A stretch of DNA of 63,996 nucleotides, counting the filler, from Craspedostauros australis (Eukaryota), in assembly GCA_030167865.1 (NCBI GenBank). It is 14 parts of 14 records of this genome, joined end to end, with 100 filler letters (N's around TTAATTAATTAA, not from the genome) between each part and the next. Parts side by side here need not be neighbours in the genome. Positions count along the whole stretch, not along the records: positions 48,134 to 54,634 come from JALAGF010004198.1; positions 54,735 to 58,388 come from JALAGF010004199.1; positions 58,489 to 61,255 come from JALAGF010004202.1; positions 61,356 to 62,720 come from JALAGF010004205.1; positions 62,821 to 63,996 come from JALAGF010004339.1; 9 more parts are not named here. One strand, written 5' to 3'. Below, one piece after another: positions 53,879 to 63,996 of this stretch. The number at the start of each line of letters is the position of its first letter. Position 1 is the first letter of the stretch. The notes below the pieces were generated by a model. That model was not told the origin of the DNA and made no database searches. It saw nothing but the letters and a program-made list of their open reading frames with translations. Made by a program: the position numbers and the translations under genes.

Positions 53879-54634
53879 TTACACCTTCTTACAGATCTGA
53901 ACGATGTCTTCATCGCACAGAACGTGATCTCTACCACAGCGCTGAGGCTGATGCTTGGCCGACTTGCCCCACACCCACGCATGCGAGAACTGCTCCATGA
54001 TTGCCCGGTGCAGACGGTTGCAAAATTCCTCCACCGTCGGTCGTTCGGAATGCAAAATGACCGGCTCATCGTAGTCGGGGATCTGGCCCTGCGGTTTGGT
54101 GTAGATTCGGATCATGTTGCATCGTGACCAGATCTCTTCCATCAGCTCTTCCAGGTTCCATTCGTGTTGCGATGATATCGGGACGTAGTTCTGTGGCGTG
54201 GCGTGGAATGGGTGGTGGTTGATGACGTATGGATGAATGAGTGAGAATGAATGGATTGTGAGACATGTGCGTACTCTGCGAGCAAGTTTGCCACACAGCA
54301 CATCATACATCCATCAGCAGCGTCTTCCGAACAAGAAGAGTGCGCACAACATATGCGCACACGCACGCACAGACACACAACGTACCGGCATCTGATCCAG
54401 AATATCCAGCTCTTCGATAGTGATGGCATCGATCTTGTTGAAGACGTAAAGGACGGGAATGTAAGCCCGGTTGCCTTCGATGACATCAATGAACTGATCC
54501 ACGGTGATGTCCTCCCGCAATATGATCTCCGCACACGACATCTTGTACTCCTTGCAGATGAGCCTGGCCACATCCCCGTTCATGCCCTTCGTCTGCATCA
54601 CGGCCTCCTGATAGCCGATGCCGCCCTTCTCCTT
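53879..54634 (-). CDS. DRG1: Developmentally regulated GTP-binding protein (DRG1/Rbg1-like), C-terminal part with TGS domain
   Basis: Intron 54385-54191. Motifs IDVIEGNRAYIP..NKID, RIYTKP and VWGKSAKHQPQRCG..DEDIVQI. Confidence 0.9.
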
Positions 54635-54757
54635 NNNNNNNNNNNNNNNNNNNNNNNNNNNNNNNNNNNNNNNNNNNNTTAATTAATTAANNNNNNNNNN
54701 NNNNNNNNNNNNNNNNNNNNNNNNNNNNNNNNNNATCACACGATCTGAATTGCAACG

Positions 54758-56239
54758 ATGAACACAACAACAACGACAGACACGTTGATGGACTTTGACT
54801 TGGCAATGGCATTGCGAGACAACATCGCAGATGCGATCGTCATCTCATTGGCACTTGCGGTGGGATGGGTTGTCGTCGTCTTGAGCAGACCACCCGCCAA
54901 GGATGCCCCTGCGAAGAGTCCTGCTGGGATCATGGAGTCCGTCAAGATGTTTGGATCATCCGAAGCACCATGGTGGCATCTCCAGCTGCAAGAATCCTTG
55001 GGATCGTCTATCTTCCAACACAACCTCCCGATCCGTGGTGGCACGTACGTGCTCTGCGCTGCGAAAGATCAGCGCGAGGTTATGCTTGACAAGACGACTG
55101 ACAAGCCGTTGCAACTCTATTCGAATTTCGACAGTATCATGGGACGCAAACAAATGATTTCGCGCTCAACATTCAGCCCTCTCTTCAAGAAGATGAGGAA
55201 GAGCGTCTCACACTCATTTTCCTCTTCGGATATCAACCGGATGAAATCCATCTGCACGAAGTATGTCGAAGAATGGGAAACAGAGTTCCTCGAGAAGATA
55301 GTGGATACTGATGCCACATTCGATCCATCTTTCGAACTAACAGGGATCGTATTCAAGACCATCATGGAGGCGGCCTTCGAATACAAGTCGACTTCCGAAG
55401 ACTTCGACTCGTTCGCGTCCAACTTTGAGGTGGCTGCCATTGAACTCACTTTCCGTCAAGCTACTAATCCCTTGCGGAAGGTATTCGGTTTTCTGATCCC
55501 AGAAGTATGGGCAGCGCACAAATGCAGCTCCCACTTGAGGGGCTTCGTGAAGACGGTCTTGGAAGCTTACCGCAAGAATCCCAACAAGTCGGAGAGCACC
55601 ACTGTGATCAAAGTGGTTGAGTCCAATCCGTACGATATGTCCGATGAAGAGAAGGTTGCGGAGCTACTTATTTGGCTCATTGGTGGTTTCGAGACGACGG
55701 GATACACACTCGCCAGCACCATTACGTTGCTTGCAAAACACCCGAAGGAGATGAAAGACCTGCAGCAATCGTTGTTGCAGGGTGATCCGACACAATCCAA
55801 GGATCATCTCAAGCGTGTGATCACCGAATCTCAACGAGTGATCCCTGTTGCTGCAATGGGGTCGGCTCGCTTCACCGGCCGTGATTTCATCTTTTTCGAT
55901 GAACCCTCCAACCGCAAGGTCAAGATTCCGAAAGGCGCCTCTGTGTTTCTTCCACAGATCACGGCCCACCGAGACGGGATGGTGTTCGAAGATGCTGGGC
56001 AGTTCAAACCTGGTCGATGGAAGAATCCGACCAAGGAAATGACACACAGCATCCTGGGATTCGCCTTGGGCAACCGCGACTGTCCTGGTCGATCGATGGC
56101 AATCGCTGAGCTCTACTTGATATTGTCAAGAATCTTGTCCAAGTACGAGTTCGAAGTAGTGGAGGAAGGCAGCTTATTCTTTTTCATGTTATTGAAGTAC
56201 GCCGATACCAAGCTTCGTGTGAAGAGGGTGAAGCCTTGA
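54758..56239 (+). CDS. Cytochrome P450, copy 1
   Basis: N-terminal TM anchor, I-helix GGFETT, ESQR (ExxR), FKPGRW and heme motif FALGNRDCPG. Confidence 0.95.
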   Translation: MNTTTTTDTLMDFDLAMALRDNIADAIVISLALAVGWVVVVLSRPPAKDAPAKSPAGIMESVKMFGSSEAPWWHLQLQESLGSSIFQHNLPIRGGTYVLCAAKDQREVMLDKTTDKPLQLYSNFDSIMGRKQMISRSTFSPLFKKMRKSVSHSFSSSDINRMKSICTKYVEEWETEFLEKIVDTDATFDPSFELTGIVFKTIMEAAFEYKSTSEDFDSFASNFEVAAIELTFRQATNPLRKVFGFLIPEVWAAHKCSSHLRGFVKTVLEAYRKNPNKSESTTVIKVVESNPYDMSDEEKVAELLIWLIGGFETTGYTLASTITLLAKHPKEMKDLQQSLLQGDPTQSKDHLKRVITESQRVIPVAAMGSARFTGRDFIFFDEPSNRKVKIPKGASVFLPQITAHRDGMVFEDAGQFKPGRWKNPTKEMTHSILGFALGNRDCPGRSMAIAELYLILSRILSKYEFEVVEEGSLFFFMLLKYADTKLRVKRVKP

Positions 56240-57000
56240 GGAGGAGTACGAAATAGTTGTCGCTAAGCTACAGCAAATTTTACATGTATTCGATCGTTTC
56301 AGAATCACTCTCATTTCATCAATCGCAATTTCATCTTTCATTGTGAACCCTTCAAGCGCAAGGTCAAGATCCTGAACGGTACCACAGTCTCTCTTGTGCA
56401 GACTACCTCCCACCGTGTCACGAATGATCACGTTTCGCAACACATCGCTGCCACGTCATTTTTCTGATTGTTCCTGGTTTATGTCACACCCGATAGATCC
56501 AGCATCAATGATACATCTTAATCTAGAGACACACAGAACAATTATGGCTCAATGCAAGACGCAGTCAGTCCTTGAGTAGTACTATTCAGATGATCTTGCT
56601 GAATGACGTCATTGTTCATTTCCGTTCTATCGACAGCCGTACGTTGTTGTCTCCCGCACTGGAAGTATTACTTACGGAGTACGAATAGAATAGCCCACGG
56701 AGCACCAATGATGGTAGCAGGAGATGCATTGCAGTTTTGGCGGTCCGGATCACTGCCGTTGGTGGCGGCGACAGAACGGAATAATGGTCGATCATGCGCG
56801 GAAGCAACCATCCATCGATTGGCCATCAATCGGACTTTCGTGACACATCCGCCACCAACGAAGGTTGCCTTCTTCGTTCACCCCATGCCACATACTCCCC
56901 ACGAGCATGATCAGATCACGCATCGACCCCACGCATTCCTCACACAATCTCACAAATCGAACAAAGGAAACACCAACATCACACGATCTGAATTGCAACG

Positions 57001-58388
57001 ATGAACACAACAACAACGACAGACACGTTGATGGACTTTGACTTGGCAATGGCATTGCGAGACAACATCGCAGATGCGATCGTCATCTCATTGGCACTTG
57101 CGGTGGGATGGGTTGTCGTCGTCTTGAGCAGACCACCCGCCAAGGATGCCCCTGCGAAGAGTCCTGCTGGGATCATGGAGTCCGTCAAGATGTTTGGATC
57201 ATCCGAAGCACCATGGTGGCATCTCCAGCTGCAAGAATCCTTGGGATCGTCTATCTTCCAACACAACCTCCCGATCCGTGGTGGCACGTACGTGCTCTGC
57301 GCTGCGAAAGATCAGCGCGAGGTTATGCTTGACAAGACGACTGACAAGCCGTTGCAACTCTATTCGAATTTCGACAGTATCATGGGACGCAAACAAATGA
57401 TTTCGCGCTCAACATTCAGCCCTCTCTTCAAGAAGATGAGGAAGAGCGTCTCACACTCATTTTCCTCTTCGGATATCAACCGGATGAAATCCATCTGCAC
57501 GAAGTATGTCGAAGAATGGGAAACAGAGTTCCTCGAGAAGATAGTGGATACTGATGCCACATTCGATCCATCTTTCGAACTAACAGGGATCGTATTCAAG
57601 ACCATCATGGAGGCGGCCTTCGAATACAAGTCGACTTCCGAAGACTTCGACTCGTTCGCGTCCAACTTTGAGGTGGCTGCCATTGAACTCACTTTCCGTC
57701 AAGCTACTAATCCCTTGCGGAAGGTATTCGGTTTTCTGATCCCAGAAGTATGGGCAGCGCACAAATGCAGCTCCCACTTGAGGGGCTTCGTGAAGACGGT
57801 CTTGGAAGCTTACCGCAAGAATCCCAACAAGTCGGAGAGCACCACTGTGATCAAAGTGGTTGAGTCCAATCCGTACGATATGTCCGATGAAGAGAAGGTT
57901 GCGGAGCTACTTATTTGGCTCATTGGTGGTTTCGAGACGACGGGATACACACTCGCCAGCACCATTACGTTGCTTGCAAAACACCCGAAGGAGATGAAAG
58001 ACCTGCAGCAATCGTTGTTGCAGGGTGATCCGACACAATCCAAGGATCATCTCAAGCGTGTGATCACCGAATCTCAACGAGTGATCCCTGTTGCTGCAAT
58101 GGGGTCGGCTCGCTTCACCGGCCGTGATTTCATCTTTTTCGATGAACCCTCCAACCGCAAGGTCAAGATTCCGAAAGGCGCCTCTGTGTTTCTTCCACAG
58201 ATCACGGCCCACCGAGACGGGATGGTGTTCGAAGATGCTGGGCAGTTCAAACCTGGTCGATGGAAGAATCCGACCAAGGAAATGACACACAGCATCCTGG
58301 GATTCGCCTTGGGCAACCGCGACTGTCCTGGTCGATCGATGGCAATCGCTGAGCTCTACTTGATATTGTCAAGAATCTTGTCCAAGTA
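57001..58388 (+). CDS. Cytochrome P450, tandem copy 2; 3'-partial
   Basis: Translation identical to copy 1, at a repeat period of 2243 bp. Confidence 0.93.
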
Positions 58389-58538
58389 NNNNNNNNNNNN
58401 NNNNNNNNNNNNNNNNNNNNNNNNNNNNNNNNTTAATTAATTAANNNNNNNNNNNNNNNNNNNNNNNNNNNNNNNNNNNNNNNNNNNNCATCATCATCGC
58501 AATCACCGTCGCCATTGGAGCGGAGGGATCCGTACCCC

Positions 58539-60533
58539 ATGAGTTCCCCTGAGGCAAAGAGGATGTCCGACTCCCTGCGTCCGCAAAGCGAAAATGAAGG
58601 CGGCAGCTCCGACAAGCAGTGGACGACGATGGCCCTGGAATCGGCCAATGCTCCGCCTGAACATACCGATGCGGAGGGATTCGGTGATGAAGGAGCCGCC
58701 AACCTCACGGGCAAAGTGAGCAAGGGAGGCGACATCTACAGCCACCTCGACGTATTGCCCAAAAATGTTCACGACAAGGACGATGAAGTGCTGGACGTTC
58801 CGCTGGATGAGCTCAGGGGATCGCGGTTCGATCGGCTGATGGGATCCGGCGAGCGAAAGCTGCTGAAAATCTACAAGCGTCTATACGGTGACAAGTTGCC
58901 GCCGTCGGAGATGATCCGAACGCTCACGCTGGCAATGACGCTCTTCTTCATGATCGGTGGCTACTGGTTGCTGCGTTCGCTCAAGGACACCGTGCTCATG
59001 ACGCTGTGTGGCGTCCAGGCCATCCCCAAGGCGAAGATGCTCTCCGTCTTCGTCGTGCTGGGCGTCGTTTCCATCTACAATCACCTCCTCGACAGCAGCC
59101 TGCCCAAGCATCAGCTCTTCTACATCTTCGGATCCTTCTACTTCTGCCTCTTCACGGTCATCGCTCTCTTGCTCAGGCACCCCACCATCGGCATTGACAA
59201 CCAGATCCAGTCGGAGGCCAGGCTGCTGGGTTGGATCAGCTACTGCTCCATCGAGAGCTTCGGAAGCGTCATGGTCAGCCTCTTCTGGTCCTTCGCCAAC
59301 TCCAATATTTCCCTGGAGACCGCCAAGGCCAGCTACGGCGTCATGGTGGCGACGGCGCAGATAGGATCCATCATCGGACCGGCCATCGTCAATCGCTATG
59401 CAGAGGTCTGGGGACCGGCCAACTGCTACATGCTGGGTGCCATGTGCATGCTGCTGCTGCAGGCCAGCATGTACAACTACATCCAGAACTACGGCTCCGC
59501 CGAGCAGAGGCAGGAGAAGGAGGAGCAAGCGGCGGGATCGCCGGCCGGCAGCAAACCCGCGAAGAAGCAAAAGGCAGGCATCCTGGAGGGCCTCGTCCTC
59601 TTCTACAAGCACAATTACGTCAAGGGTATCTTCGCCATCAGCTGCCTCTTCATGGTGGAGGTCACCATCATCGACTTCATGCTCAAGGTCCTGGCCAAGG
59701 AATTCTTCTCCACCGAGTACCCGTGCGACATGTCCGATCCGTGCTACGACGCCGAGACGGGCGAATTCGGTCTCACCAAGGAGGCCACCAACGCCATCGC
59801 GTCCTTCATGGGATTGTTCGGCGTCGCCACCAACAGCCTCAGCTTCCTCTTCAGCCTCCTGGGAACGTCCGCGGTCATTCGGTATCTCGGCCTGCGCACC
59901 ACCCTGCTCCTCTTCCCATCGCTGTGCCTCATCGTCATCATCTGCGTGCGGTTACGACCAACGTTGCAAGTCGTCTTCGCGGCCATGATCATGCTCAAGG
60001 CCTGCAGCTACGCGCTCAACAATCCCACGAAGGAAATCCTGTACCAACCCACCAGCCCGGCCGTGCGGTACAAGGCCAAATCGTGGATCGACATATTCGG
60101 CGCCAGAGGCAGCAAGGCCCTGGGCAGCGTCGTCACGAACGCCTTCTCGTACTCCGCCAAGGTCCTCGTGGAGAACGGCAGCCTGGTGGGCATCTGCGTC
60201 GCCAGCTTCTTGATTTGGAATGCGCGCTTCATGGGGCGCCTGTTCGACCAGTACACGGAGACCGGTTACATCGTGGGTGAGGACGACAATCCGGAATCGC
60301 AAAGTATCGCGATGGCGATTGTTCAGAACAAGCAAACGGGCACGAGCTGCGCGCTGAAAAACGGCGACCATGATGGCGACGACGATCATGATGATGATGA
60401 CGACGACGACGAAGGTGAGGAGGGCATGCTCGATGATGCGGAAGGGGTGATTCCTGCTGGCGGTGATGCTGGCGAACAAAAACAGCAAGAACAGACAAAG
60501 CGAAGTGCCACGGCCAAAGTCGCCATGGTATGA
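58539..60533 (+). CDS. NTT/TLC-family nucleotide transporter; possibly 5'-partial
   Basis: About 12 hydrophobic segments with [29 protein letters not shown] and [19 protein letters not shown]. Confidence 0.85.
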   Translation: MSSPEAKRMSDSLRPQSENEGGSSDKQWTTMALESANAPPEHTDAEGFGDEGAANLTGKVSKGGDIYSHLDVLPKNVHDKDDEVLDVPLDELRGSRFDRLMGSGERKLLKIYKRLYGDKLPPSEMIRTLTLAMTLFFMIGGYWLLRSLKDTVLMTLCGVQAIPKAKMLSVFVVLGVVSIYNHLLDSSLPKHQLFYIFGSFYFCLFTVIALLLRHPTIGIDNQIQSEARLLGWISYCSIESFGSVMVSLFWSFANSNISLETAKASYGVMVATAQIGSIIGPAIVNRYAEVWGPANCYMLGAMCMLLLQASMYNYIQNYGSAEQRQEKEEQAAGSPAGSKPAKKQKAGILEGLVLFYKHNYVKGIFAISCLFMVEVTIIDFMLKVLAKEFFSTEYPCDMSDPCYDAETGEFGLTKEATNAIASFMGLFGVATNSLSFLFSLLGTSAVIRYLGLRTTLLLFPSLCLIVIICVRLRPTLQVVFAAMIMLKACSYALNNPTKEILYQPTSPAVRYKAKSWIDIFGARGSKALGSVVTNAFSYSAKVLVENGSLVGICVASFLIWNARFMGRLFDQYTETGYIVGEDDNPESQSIAMAIVQNKQTGTSCALKNGDHDGDDDHDDDDDDDEGEEGMLDDAEGVIPAGGDAGEQKQQEQTKRSATAKVAMV

Positions 60534-61012
60534 GCGTCCAATCGACTTGGTCCGCATCAAGCTTCAGATGGATGCTCCCCGCCATCAAGACCGTTGAATG
60601 GCCGTTCGCCAAACTGCATACAGATAGAGAAACCGTTGCACACACGCAGCTTCCCATCCTGCCGATAATGGTGCACTGCACTTCGTCTTCTGTTGGGAGT
60701 CGGAATCGGATAGTGATCGCAGATACAGAGATAGGCCATATCCGTAGTCCAGAACACATTAGACTAGATGTACAAACCAAGAGCGGGCCAATGGCAGACG
60801 GAGTATGTGCTGAATGGTATTTCATCCAAGACAAAAAAATGAGGCACTTGTCAGAGAGAACCGAGCAACACAGGGGTCTTCTTCGAGGTCTTGCTCTCCT
60901 TTGTTTCCAAGACCGTGCTAATCATGCATTCTACAAGGACAGAAGGTAAAAGAAGGTCTCTGATGCATTAGTACATATCCATAATGATTTTGGCCTGGTA
61001 CTGGCCTACGTA

Positions 61013-61119
61013 GCTTGCGTCCGGACGCAAATTGGACGCTCAGTTTGCGTCCCCACGCAAATTGGACGCTCAGTTTGCGTCCCCACGCAAATTGGGCCAA
61101 TTTGCGTCCGGACGCAAGC
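61013..61119. repeat. 107-bp element with perfect 23-bp inverted ends and internal 30-bp direct repeats
   Basis: GCTTGCGTCCGGACGCAAATTGG (61013-61035) and its reverse complement (61097-61119). Confidence 0.9.
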
Positions 61120-61355
61120 GGCGACTCAACGGACTCGCCCAAATACGCTTTATGAGAAGCCGTTTTTTTTCCAAACCCTTTTTCGCTGGCCATCTCGACT
61201 CACGACATGACTCATGTCTTAGTTCTATAATAATCGCTGCAGTTGTGGTAATTGANNNNNNNNNNNNNNNNNNNNNNNNNNNNNNNNNNNNNNNNNNNNT
61301 TAATTAATTAANNNNNNNNNNNNNNNNNNNNNNNNNNNNNNNNNNNNNNNNNNNN

Positions 61356-62720
61356 TGGACAAGACAATGGGGCAGGCCCTGCAATCTGGGCTGGTATCAG
61401 CTCTGTCATGTTTAAGGCCATGACAAGACTGGGCCACACGTTGGCCTTGGCCAGTCTGCCGGGAGAGTTCATACCAGTGCTAGGCTTGGCGTTTGTTGAT
61501 GATACCAACCTGATCCGACTCGAGCAACGGGAGCACGACGGTGCCGATACCAAAGCCTTGAAACAGACAGTCCAGGATTAGAGCCAACTGCTGCAAGTCA
61601 CAGGAGGAGTGCTGGTACCAGAGAAGTCAGCATGGTGGGTCATCCAACCCGAGTTCAACACCGATAAATGGGAACAGTGCGATGCCGAGGCCACCACCAG
61701 TATTCGCATCGACGAAGGAAAAGGTACAAGAGCGGAGATCCCCAACAAGACGATGGATCAGCTGCTGTTCACCCTGGGCGTGCTCATCAAGTTCGACGGA
61801 GACAACGGGGAGCAAGTGAGGCAGTTGTGAAAGAAAGCCAAAGACTTCAGAGGAAGGATGCGTACTGCGCATATCTCTCCAGAGGACGCAAGATCGGCGC
61901 TTACACTGAGATTCATGAAGATGATTGAGTACGCCTTGCCGCTAGTCCAGCTCACCCAGACGCAGTGGCGATACATCATGGCGCCGGCACTACTAGTGTC
62001 CCTGCCAACGATGGGCTGCTCACGAACCTAGCCAAGACATCTGGTGTACGGTACGAAATCCCTCAGAGGATTGGGCATTGTAAACCCTGCCAATTCCCAG
62101 CTGATGGCTCAGATTCAGCTGGCTTTCGATGAGGTTCATTGGGGGCCCAGACCGGCAAGATGATCAAGTGCTCGGTGCAAGCGCTCAAGGAGGAGCTAGG
62201 GGTAGGGAGTTCCTTATTCCAATACTTGTATGCTTGGCTCGGACATTGCACAACCAAATTCTGGATTGCTGGTCTGTGGGGTCAACTCCAGGGTACCAGC
62301 ATTGAGGTGTGCGAAACAACGACGTCCAGCGAAACGCAGCGTGAAAGTGGCTCCTTTCTGATGGATATCTGGATCCGGCAGCAGGTGAAGGGGGCGCAGC
62401 TCTACCACCTGAGCATGTGCATCAAAAACTAGGGGTGTTGCGATTGTCAGACATCGTGTCAGTCGAAGGTACCAGGATCTTGTCGGAGGCGCATGACGGA
62501 ATACGGGCGTCCATCATACCAAGATGATGGGCAAAGCAACCACAGAGATTACCAAGTGGTTGGTGGAAGGAGTGGCAACAGTGGTGCAGATTGATATGGT
62601 ACCAAGGAATAACGCTACACTGATCATTGGGCAAGCGGCACTGCGACGACAGCTCGTGGCGATGGTGGAAGGAGCCATATCAAGATGACATCTTGGACCT
62701 GGCTGCCTCTCCAATTCTAT
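61356..62720 (+). pseudogene. Decayed non-LTR retrotransposon RT (Ambal-like)
   Basis: GQDNGAGPAIW, GLAFVDDTNL and TGGVLVPEKS, with several in-frame stops and frameshifts. Confidence 0.75.
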
Positions 62721-62820
62721 NNNNNNNNNNNNNNNNNNNNNNNNNNNNNNNNNNNNNNNNNNNNTTAATTAATTAANNNNNNNNNNNNNNNNNNNNNNNN
62801 NNNNNNNNNNNNNNNNNNNN

Positions 62821-63996
62821 GGCGTTCACATCCAACGTACTGATGACACCATCACACTCACACAACCGCAACTCATAGATCGAATCATACGAGCAGCCAA
62901 GATCAATCCTGACTCACCAGGACGAACCAATTCGACGCCAGCCGTCAAACCACTCCTATACAAGGACACCAGTGGCCCTGCTGCTACTTGGCAATTCGAA
63001 TATCGGTCAGTTGTGGGGATGCTCAACTTCCTCACATGATCGACAAGACCTGACATCTGCTTCACAGTCCATCAATGCGCACGCTTCATGGCTCATCCGA
63101 TGAAGTCACACAAAGATGCCATTGAATGGATTGTACGATACCTCGCTCACACATGGGATATGGGACTCCACATCTCATCTACCAATGACTCCATTCACTG
63201 CTATGCTGATGCAGACTTNNNNNNNNNNNNNNNNNNNNNNNNNNNNNNNNNNNNNNNNNNNNNNNNNNNNNNNNNNNNGTTGTCCTGTATGAAGGATTCC
63301 CCATCATATGGAACTCCAAACTGCAAACAGAAGTCGCACTCAGCACCACAGAAGCCAAGTACATGGCTCTCAGCCAAGCTCTATGAGAGGTTATACCCAT
63401 CATACACCTCATCAACAAAATGAAGCAGCACATATCGTCATTCAACACTTCTCCGCCAACAGTTCACTGCACAGCATTTGAGGACAACTCCGGTGCCCTC
63501 GAACTCACAAACGCACCCAGAATGCGTCTTGAAATAGTGTGAAAGGCTGATTTATGATTACATGACTTGCGTCTTCTACTGCAGTGCGAGATTGAACGAG
63601 GGCATGCATGCATCGTGCGAAAGCACGAGGTGCAGGCTCTCAGTTTTAGTAGAGCAGTGATCAAACAGGATGACCGATGACTCTGACGTCGTCGATCTGC
63701 TGACCGAACGAAGGATGGCGATGCTTGAAGATGTTGCATCATCGTCTGAGGATCTGAAGCTTCAATGAACATGGCAGAAGTCGTAGGATGATGGAGGAGT
63801 TGTGTTTTTTGGCGCGAACTTGTTGTTGGCGCCATTTGTTGATTGGTATCTTCCACCGAGTCCCCAGTCACGGATACCGAGACGACTCGATGGACTCCAA
63901 CAATGCGTCCTCGTACCAAACACATCAATGTCAAATACCATCACTTCCATGAAGCTGTCAGCAAAGGGCTCATCACCATTGAAAAGGTCGACACGT
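62821..63996 (+). pseudogene. Decayed Ty1/copia RT-RNase H fragment of a different family
   Basis: LTQPQLI, YRSVVGMLNFL, RPDI..VHQCARF, YADAD, SKLQTEVALSTTEA, FEDNSGA and RTKHINVKYHHF. Contains stops and an N gap at 63219-63278. Confidence 0.88.
63527..63902. mobile_element. 376-bp solo-LTR-like insertion with 5-bp TSD ATGCG
   Basis: ATGCG occurs at 63522-63526 and 63903-63907. The ends are TCTTGAA...TCCAACA. Removing the insert restores PRMRPRTKH. Confidence 0.8.

Noticed and set aside
7062..62820. Recurrent TTAATTAATTAA palindrome within N runs
   Set aside because: It is a constant 100-bp synthetic spacer, so adjacency across it carries no biological meaning.

Overview
Eukaryotic nuclear DNA, most likely from a diatom (GT-AG introns, bipartite plastid presequences, CoDi-type copia elements, an Ambal-like LINE). 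The window is not one locus. It is 14 contigs joined by an artificial 100-bp linker (44 N + TTAATTAATTAA + 44 N), and several contigs overlap or duplicate each other. Housekeeping genes: ProRS (2 copies), PEX12, RPS21, ITPase, a UPF1-like helicase, protoporphyrinogen oxidase, DRG GTPase, an NTT transporter and tandem P450s. The highlight is an apparently intact DIRS-type tyrosine-recombinase retrotransposon (24937-32150). Its Gag carries an RNase H1-type hybrid-binding domain. Its Pol has an apparently inactive C5-cytosine-methyltransferase-like module in front of an RT with HCDD, followed by RNase H and the Dam-like MT domain. Its recombinase has a PHD-like zinc finger. Also notable: a four-domain PBDC1/TFIIS-N/PhyH/alpha-beta-hydrolase fusion, a probable ER pseudo-aldo-keto reductase, a probable pseudokinase, Cys-rich mucin-like secreted paralogues, and small insertions with target-site duplications. 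All domain calls come from motif recognition by eye, not from database searches.
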